64,000 bases of DNA from a virus (Duplodnaviria > Heunggongvirae > Uroviricota > Caudoviricetes > Crassvirales). The position numbers were made by a program, and so were the translations under genes. Position 1 is the stretch's first letter; every line of letters begins with the position of its first letter. The notes beneath the pieces were generated by a model. That model was not told where the DNA came from and did no database searches. It saw only the letters and a program-made list of their open reading frames with translations. The stretch covers positions 24,104-88,103 of IMG/VR virus record IMGVR_UViG_3300035495_000018. The stretch is one strand, 5' to 3'. This document shows, in pieces, positions 59,324 through 64,000 of the stretch.

Positions 59324-61443
59324 TACAAAATTTTACATGGAACAATGGGACCCTAGAAAGTCCCATTGTCCTTACAACCCAACAAATTTCTACACTGATT
59401 TCAGCAGGTAACAATCCTGACATTAATACTAGTGTGAAAGGAGTTATCAAGAGCTCCACAGGTATCTATAAGTACCTTAAGTATGCTCTTACAAAGTTGT
59501 ATGGTAGTGACCTAACAGTACTTGGAGAGGAAGTTGCAGACTCCTTCCAAATATCTGCTCCTACAAGCAACCTTCTTGAAGGTAACTCTATGACACTTAA
59601 TGTCTCTAGTTCCTCTGGTATGACTGCTGAGGATTTGCAGTACAAGCTTATCTTTGGTACAGTGAAGACTGATAATGTACTTGATGAAGATACTATTAAG
59701 TCTAGAATCTCTATTAATAATGGTATTCTTCAAATATCTCAGGCACAAGAGAATGGTAGCTGGGAGATTCCTGTTACTGTAAAGGCTTGTCCACTATATG
59801 AGGATATTGACACTACAAACAACTTCGTAAAGTCTGAGGCCATTCTTTGTAGAGCTGTAGCTATGACAAGTTTCTCTGCACAAGCAGAAGAATCTATTTC
59901 AATTAACTCAAGTGCAGATATATCTTATATTACTGCTCCTAGCAATACAACTAAGCTTGGTACAGCTAAGATTGTCTATGAGATTACAGAGGGTGATGGC
60001 TCATTCCTTGATGGTAGATTCTATGCTTCTGAGAAGCCAGGAAATGTTACTATTAAGGTTACTTGTACTCTAGCTGGTGGTGCTAGTTTTACATCAACTG
60101 TCAATATAAAGGTTAAGAACTCTACACAATCTACTATTACTATTTGGAATGGTGGTGTTGATGGAGGTATCTCTGATACTAAGTCAATGGTAACTGGAGA
60201 TGTTGTAGTAGACCCTACAACTGCTGCTATCCACACTAATTCAGACAATGTAATCTTATGGATTAGAAAGAACTCTCACCTGTATCTATGTAAGTACATG
60301 GGTAGAGACATAGGTATGAAGATTAAGCAGCTTGATGACAATGATAGAAGGAAATACTCTGATGGAACTGATGCTTCTAAAGCTATTGCTGGTGCTCCTG
60401 GTTCTGACGGTATTATCATGGATGTCATGCTTAAGTTACCTACATTCTACTACAAGTGTGTTACTAATGTTGATAACCCAAGTGCAGTAGATGTAATCTT
60501 CTCAGCAGGTAATGATGATGCTAATAGTTACTATGAATGGGATACTAATAAGCTTATTGGTGTTTATGAAGGTGTAATCTATAGAGATGGTGTACCTCTT
60601 AATCCTACATCAAGTACTAGCTATGCATCAGGTGATGTTATGTATAGTATCTCTGGTGTAACTCCTACAGCTAACTACTCACAAGCTTCATTTAAGCAAG
60701 CTGCTAGAGCTAGAAATACTGTACCTGTTGGTACAGTAGCTACAGATGGTTTCCAAATTGTAGACTATGAAACTCATGTTATCATGGCTCTGCTATACTA
60801 TGGTTACTATGGTGGTTACAACATCAACTGTCAGGAAGTAATTGGTTATGGTACTAGTAGCTATCCTAAGGTAGCTGGTTACTATACAGATGAACTTGGT
60901 ATGAATGATACATTCTCTAAGAACATGGGTGGTACTGGTGATTCAGGTAGTATTAACTTCTGGGGTCTAGAGAACTGGTGGGGTGACCTATATGAATGGG
61001 TTGATAATCTAATAACTGCTACTAGCACTGGTATTGTTAGAATCAACAACTGGCAAGGTAATCCTGTTAGGTATCTACAAGTTCCAACTGACTATCTGAG
61101 TAAAGACCAATGTATATCTAAGATGATTTTCAATGAGGCATCATTGAAGGTAGATAGCAGTGGTAATCCTACTGGAGAGTATACTAACTATCCTGACCTA
61201 CTGTTCAAAGAACTAAGTGGTTCTACAGACTTCACAAAGTACTATGCTGATGCTGGCTGTGTGAATGCGTACTCTGGTTATGTGGCGTGTCGTAGCAGTT
61301 ATGGTTCTGATGCTAATGGCGGTGTTGGTCGGCTTTATCTGAATTATGCTTCTTCTGCTACTTATGGCCATGTTGGCTCTCGGTTGGTTTTTTGTGGTAC
61401 AGTAACAGATGTAACTGGAACAGCTGAAGCTGATAGCTTCTAA
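59320..61443 (+). CDS. DGR target protein: tail-fibre/receptor-binding-like protein with Big_2 domain and C-terminal C-type-lectin fold bearing the variable repeat
   Basis: Big_2-like segment (GNVTIKVTCTLAGGASFTSTVNIKV); CLec motif GLENWWGDLYEWVD; VR at the C-terminus. Confidence 0.8.
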   Translation: MIQNFTWNNGTLESPIVLTTQQISTLISAGNNPDINTSVKGVIKSSTGIYKYLKYALTKLYGSDLTVLGEEVADSFQISAPTSNLLEGNSMTLNVSSSSGMTAEDLQYKLIFGTVKTDNVLDEDTIKSRISINNGILQISQAQENGSWEIPVTVKACPLYEDIDTTNNFVKSEAILCRAVAMTSFSAQAEESISINSSADISYITAPSNTTKLGTAKIVYEITEGDGSFLDGRFYASEKPGNVTIKVTCTLAGGASFTSTVNIKVKNSTQSTITIWNGGVDGGISDTKSMVTGDVVVDPTTAAIHTNSDNVILWIRKNSHLYLCKYMGRDIGMKIKQLDDNDRRKYSDGTDASKAIAGAPGSDGIIMDVMLKLPTFYYKCVTNVDNPSAVDVIFSAGNDDANSYYEWDTNKLIGVYEGVIYRDGVPLNPTSSTSYASGDVMYSISGVTPTANYSQASFKQAARARNTVPVGTVATDGFQIVDYETHVIMALLYYGYYGGYNINCQEVIGYGTSSYPKVAGYYTDELGMNDTFSKNMGGTGDSGSINFWGLENWWGDLYEWVDNLITATSTGIVRINNWQGNPVRYLQVPTDYLSKDQCISKMIFNEASLKVDSSGNPTGEYTNYPDLLFKELSGSTDFTKYYADAGCVNAYSGYVACRSSYGSDANGGVGRLYLNYASSATYGHVGSRLVFCGTVTDVTGTAEADSF
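61245..61395 (+). repeat. DGR variable repeat (VR)
   Basis: ~150-nt near-repeat of the TR; ~30 differences, nearly all at positions where the TR has A. Confidence 0.85.
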
Positions 61444-61463
61444 ATTTAGTGAGTGATAATTAA

Positions 61464-61492
61464 AATTGTATTGAGTACTCCCCTGTAAAAGG
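61464..61492 (+). other. Perfect 10-bp hairpin GTACTCCCCC-tgtaaaa-GGGGGAGTAC between target gene and TR
   Basis: Read from sequence; no T-run follows. Confidence 0.5.
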
Positions 61493-61590
61493 GGGAGTAC
61501 ACTTTACGAGGTATATAAGTGGGTGCTAGTTGGTAGATTTGGTATTAGATTTACCAAAGTTATTACCAGAATTGTTTTCTACACCTATTA

Positions 61591-61742
61591 GTGAAAAAAC
61601 TAGCTATGTGAATGCAGACTCTAGTAATGTAGCGAATCGTAGCAATAATAGTTCTAATGCTAATAGCAGTGTTAGTCAGCTTAATCTGAATAATACTTCT
61701 TCTAATACTAATGGCAATAATGGCTCTCAGTTAGTTTTATGT
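61591..61742 (+). repeat. DGR template repeat (TR)
   Basis: Adenine/AAT-codon-rich copy of the VR (spurious Asn-rich ORF 61530..61745 reads through it). Confidence 0.85.
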
Positions 61743-61891
61743 TGAAATGATTTTTGATATTTTTTGAACTTTAAATTTTGGCTAACTTCTTATATACCCT
61801 GCCTCTTGGCAAAAGATTACTTATAGGTTAGTAAGTACACTTAAGTGTGTGACGAACCCCTTTAATTTCAACAAAAATATAGATATGATAA

Positions 61892-63121
61892 ATGAAGACT
61901 TATAGTAACTTGTTTGACAAAATATGCACGATTGAAAACTTCCAAGCTGCATATCAGAATGCTATAAAAGGCAAGATGCACTATAGGGAAGTAATAGAGA
62001 TAGAAAAGAACAGAGATGCCTACTTGGAGGCTCTACTGGAAGAAGTAAAGTCCAAGAAATATAAGGTCTCAGAGTATACAGTGTTCAACCTCTTCACAGG
62101 TCATAAGATGAGAGAAATCTTTAAGCTACCTATGAGAGATAGAATAGTACAACATGCTATTATGATATACTGTGAGCCAATATTCAGAGAGACATTCATT
62201 CTAGATACCTATGCTTCTATTAAGACTAGAGGTATTCACTTAGGGTTACAAAGAGTGAAGAAAGCTCTAAAGAAGTACCACTACAAGTACTGCTTGAAAC
62301 TGGATATACACAAGTGCTATCCTTCACTAGATAAGGAAATATTAAAGAAGAAACTAGCAAGGAAGTTTACAGACCCTGACTTACTAGACCTGCTATTCAA
62401 GATAGTAGATAGTTGTGAGAAGGGTGTTCCTATTGGAAACTATACATCTCAATATTTCAACAACTTCTACTTCAGTGATTTTGACCACTGGATAAAAGAG
62501 GTTAAGGGTATTAAAGCCTACTTCAGATATTGTGATGATATGGTTATACTGAGCAATAGTAAAGAAGAGCTTCATGCTATGCTAGAAGAAATAATGGGAA
62601 AGATGAAAGAACTCAATGTTTCACTCAAAGAGAACTATCAGCTGTTTCCTATTGATTCTAGAGGTATAAGCTTCCTTGGTTATATAATTACAGAGGACTG
62701 CATCAAGGTTAGAAAGAACACTAAGAAGAACTTTGTACACAAGGTATCAAAGATGAACTTTTCCAACCCCTCAGCTAAAGACATTAATGTACTTGGTTCA
62801 TATTGGGGTATCTTAGTTCATGCTGATTGTAGACACCTATGGAAATCATACATGGGTTGTAGTGCATTCAAATCCTTCATGAAGAGATACAAGTGTTCAG
62901 CTAGAGATGTTCTTAATAAACCTATCAGGGTGCTAAGGGCTTACAGAAAGTATTCATCTGGTAAATGGTATACTGTTATGGAAGCTCTTGTTGGAAATCT
63001 GTATGCCACAATTAAAACTACAAGTAAGTATTTAGCAGTAGCTCTAAATGCTGTACTTCCATTTGATACATATATTATAGCTACTCAAAGAGGTTATAGA
63101 TTTAATACAATTGTAATATGA
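61892..63121 (+). CDS. DGR reverse transcriptase
   Basis: RT motifs: LKLDIHKCYPSLD (domain 3), YxDD box FRYCDDMVIL; 409 aa; immediately downstream of the TR. Confidence 0.85.
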   Translation: MKTYSNLFDKICTIENFQAAYQNAIKGKMHYREVIEIEKNRDAYLEALLEEVKSKKYKVSEYTVFNLFTGHKMREIFKLPMRDRIVQHAIMIYCEPIFRETFILDTYASIKTRGIHLGLQRVKKALKKYHYKYCLKLDIHKCYPSLDKEILKKKLARKFTDPDLLDLLFKIVDSCEKGVPIGNYTSQYFNNFYFSDFDHWIKEVKGIKAYFRYCDDMVILSNSKEELHAMLEEIMGKMKELNVSLKENYQLFPIDSRGISFLGYIITEDCIKVRKNTKKNFVHKVSKMNFSNPSAKDINVLGSYWGILVHADCRHLWKSYMGCSAFKSFMKRYKCSARDVLNKPIRVLRAYRKYSSGKWYTVMEALVGNLYATIKTTSKYLAVALNAVLPFDTYIIATQRGYRFNTIVI

Positions 63122-63651
63122 ATTGGACAAAAGGTAACACAGAATGGCTGAAGTCTGTAGAGTGTGTAAACACTAAGAAGGGTATTTACTATGTAAATAT
63201 GGCTCCTACTGAATACCACAGTGAGGATGAAGAATCCTCTAATGTGAGGTATGTTAACTTCAGGATTGACCACCTTCCTTCAACTAAGGAACTTAAAGAC
63301 ATGCTAGTCTCAGTTCAGAATGACTATGACTCAAGTGATGAGGTCAAGGGTTTCTATGTTGGTGGTAGTATTGTATGGCTTGATAAGTCTACCAGACTTG
63401 GTCTAATCAACAGTCTTACTATACAGAAGGAAGAGGGCAATACAGAAAGTACTCTATGGCTTGATGGAGTGTCTTACACAGTAAACATTGATGCTGCTCT
63501 ACAGTTCTTGAAGACCCTTGAACTCTATGCTATTGAGTGCTATAATGTAACTCAACAGCACCTAGCAGAGATTGAGGCTCTAACAGACAAAGATGCAATT
63601 TTGACTTATGATGTAACTAAGGGATACCCAGACAGAATATCCTTTAGCTGA
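63118..63651 (+). CDS. hypothetical protein downstream of the RT
   Basis: 177-aa ORF, ATGA overlap with RT. Confidence 0.45.
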   Translation: MNWTKGNTEWLKSVECVNTKKGIYYVNMAPTEYHSEDEESSNVRYVNFRIDHLPSTKELKDMLVSVQNDYDSSDEVKGFYVGGSIVWLDKSTRLGLINSLTIQKEEGNTESTLWLDGVSYTVNIDAALQFLKTLELYAIECYNVTQQHLAEIEALTDKDAILTYDVTKGYPDRISFS

Positions 63652-63725
63652 GAGGGAAGAGGCTCTAGTTTCTAGGGCCTCTTTAGTTTTTGAATTATAC
63701 TAATATAACTAATTTCCCTATACAC

Positions 63726-63756
63726 TTGCAAATCTCGCATTTTTTACTTAATTTTG
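63726..63756 (+). promoter_or_regulatory. Bacteroidota-type promoter (-7 TAatTTTG 63749-63756)
   Basis: TTG-N20-TAATTTTG upstream of the 63775 ATG. Confidence 0.45.
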
Positions 63757-63774
63757 CAGCCAAAAAGATAGTTA

Positions 63775-64000
63775 TGAAAAATTTACTCATAGTAATAATT
63801 CTCTTTCTATGCGTGTCCTGTGCTTCTACAAAGTATGTAGAGGTGCCTATTGAAACTATTAAGACGGAGTATGTCAATAAGGTTGACTACAAAACTGATA
63901 GTATCTTCATCAGGGATAGCATAGACAGATATATCAAGGGAGATACAGTCTTCATAGAGAAGTACAAAACTACATACAAGTACAAAGATAGAGTTCTTAC
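63775..64000 (+). CDS. Lipoprotein (5' part; continues past window end)
   Basis: MKNLLIVIILFLCVSCAS signal peptide with lipobox. Confidence 0.5.

Noticed and set aside
61270-61270. A VR/TR mismatch at a non-adenine TR position (VR T versus TR G)
   Set aside because: A single exception does not undermine the adenine-specific pattern. It may be a genuine drift mutation or a misalignment caused by a 1-nt indel.
61530-61745. 71-aa Asn-rich ORF downstream of the DGR target gene
   Set aside because: It is the template repeat read in frame (AAT codons); it is a TR artefact, not a protein gene.
61892-63121. Reverse transcriptase as a group II intron or retron RT
   Set aside because: An adjacent TR/VR pair with adenine-specific differences is diagnostic of a DGR; no intron-encoded-protein maturase or endonuclease domains or intron RNA domains are evident.
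63695-63877. 60-aa minus-strand ORF
   Set aside because: It overlaps the promoter and start of the plus-strand lipoprotein gene, which has a clear signal peptide, so it is likely spurious.
1-64000. Stop-codon reassignment (TAG or TGA recoding), as seen in some crAss-like phages
   Set aside because: Very long ORFs (1,567 aa, >1,800 aa, 797 aa) are intact under the standard code, and none of the tRNAs I decoded carries a CTA, TCA or TTA anticodon.

Overview
The window looks like a crAss-like (Crassvirales-type) phage of a Bacteroidota host. Host evidence is a set of Bacteroides-type promoter elements (TTTG, about 20 nt, then TAnnTTTG) upstream of several operons. The layout is two divergent blocks. 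A minus-strand early/replication block runs from 1 to about 41.2 kb. It includes a giant ORF that continues past the window start, a nucleotide-metabolism cluster (ThyX, radical-SAM protein, thioredoxin, dUTPase, NrdD/NrdG), family-A DNA polymerase, UDG, DnaG-like primase, DnaB-like helicase, an SF2 helicase, nucleases, a HicA-like toxin, a retropepsin-like protease, a glucosaminidase and an SPFH protein. A plus-strand late block runs from about 41.6 kb to the window end. It starts with a 21-gene tRNA array, then small ORFs, terminase large subunit, portal, large structural/tail proteins and a diversity-generating retroelement (DGR). The items most worth a second look are these. (1) A complete DGR: a 707-aa Big_2/C-type-lectin tail-fibre gene carries a C-terminal variable repeat (VR) that differs from a downstream Asn-codon-rich template repeat (TR) almost only where the TR has adenine, followed by a 409-aa reverse transcriptase. 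(2) A Ro60-like gene with vWA/MIDAS architecture sits next to a minus-strand cluster of atypical, overlong tRNA-like RNAs, which could be an Rsr/Y-RNA module. (3) At least two, possibly three, group I introns with recognisable R and S core elements split a DnaB-like helicase (intron carries a LAGLIDADG homing endonuclease), an SPFH/band-7 gene (HNH endonuclease) and probably a GHKL-ATPase gene (no ORF). (4) About 26 tRNA or tRNA-like genes, including two with an identical non-canonical T-arm and anticodons UAU and CAU. (5) An iteron-like repeat family and tandem paralogous small genes at the junction between the two blocks. All calls come from reading the sequence and ORF translations and recognising motifs; no database searches were run.
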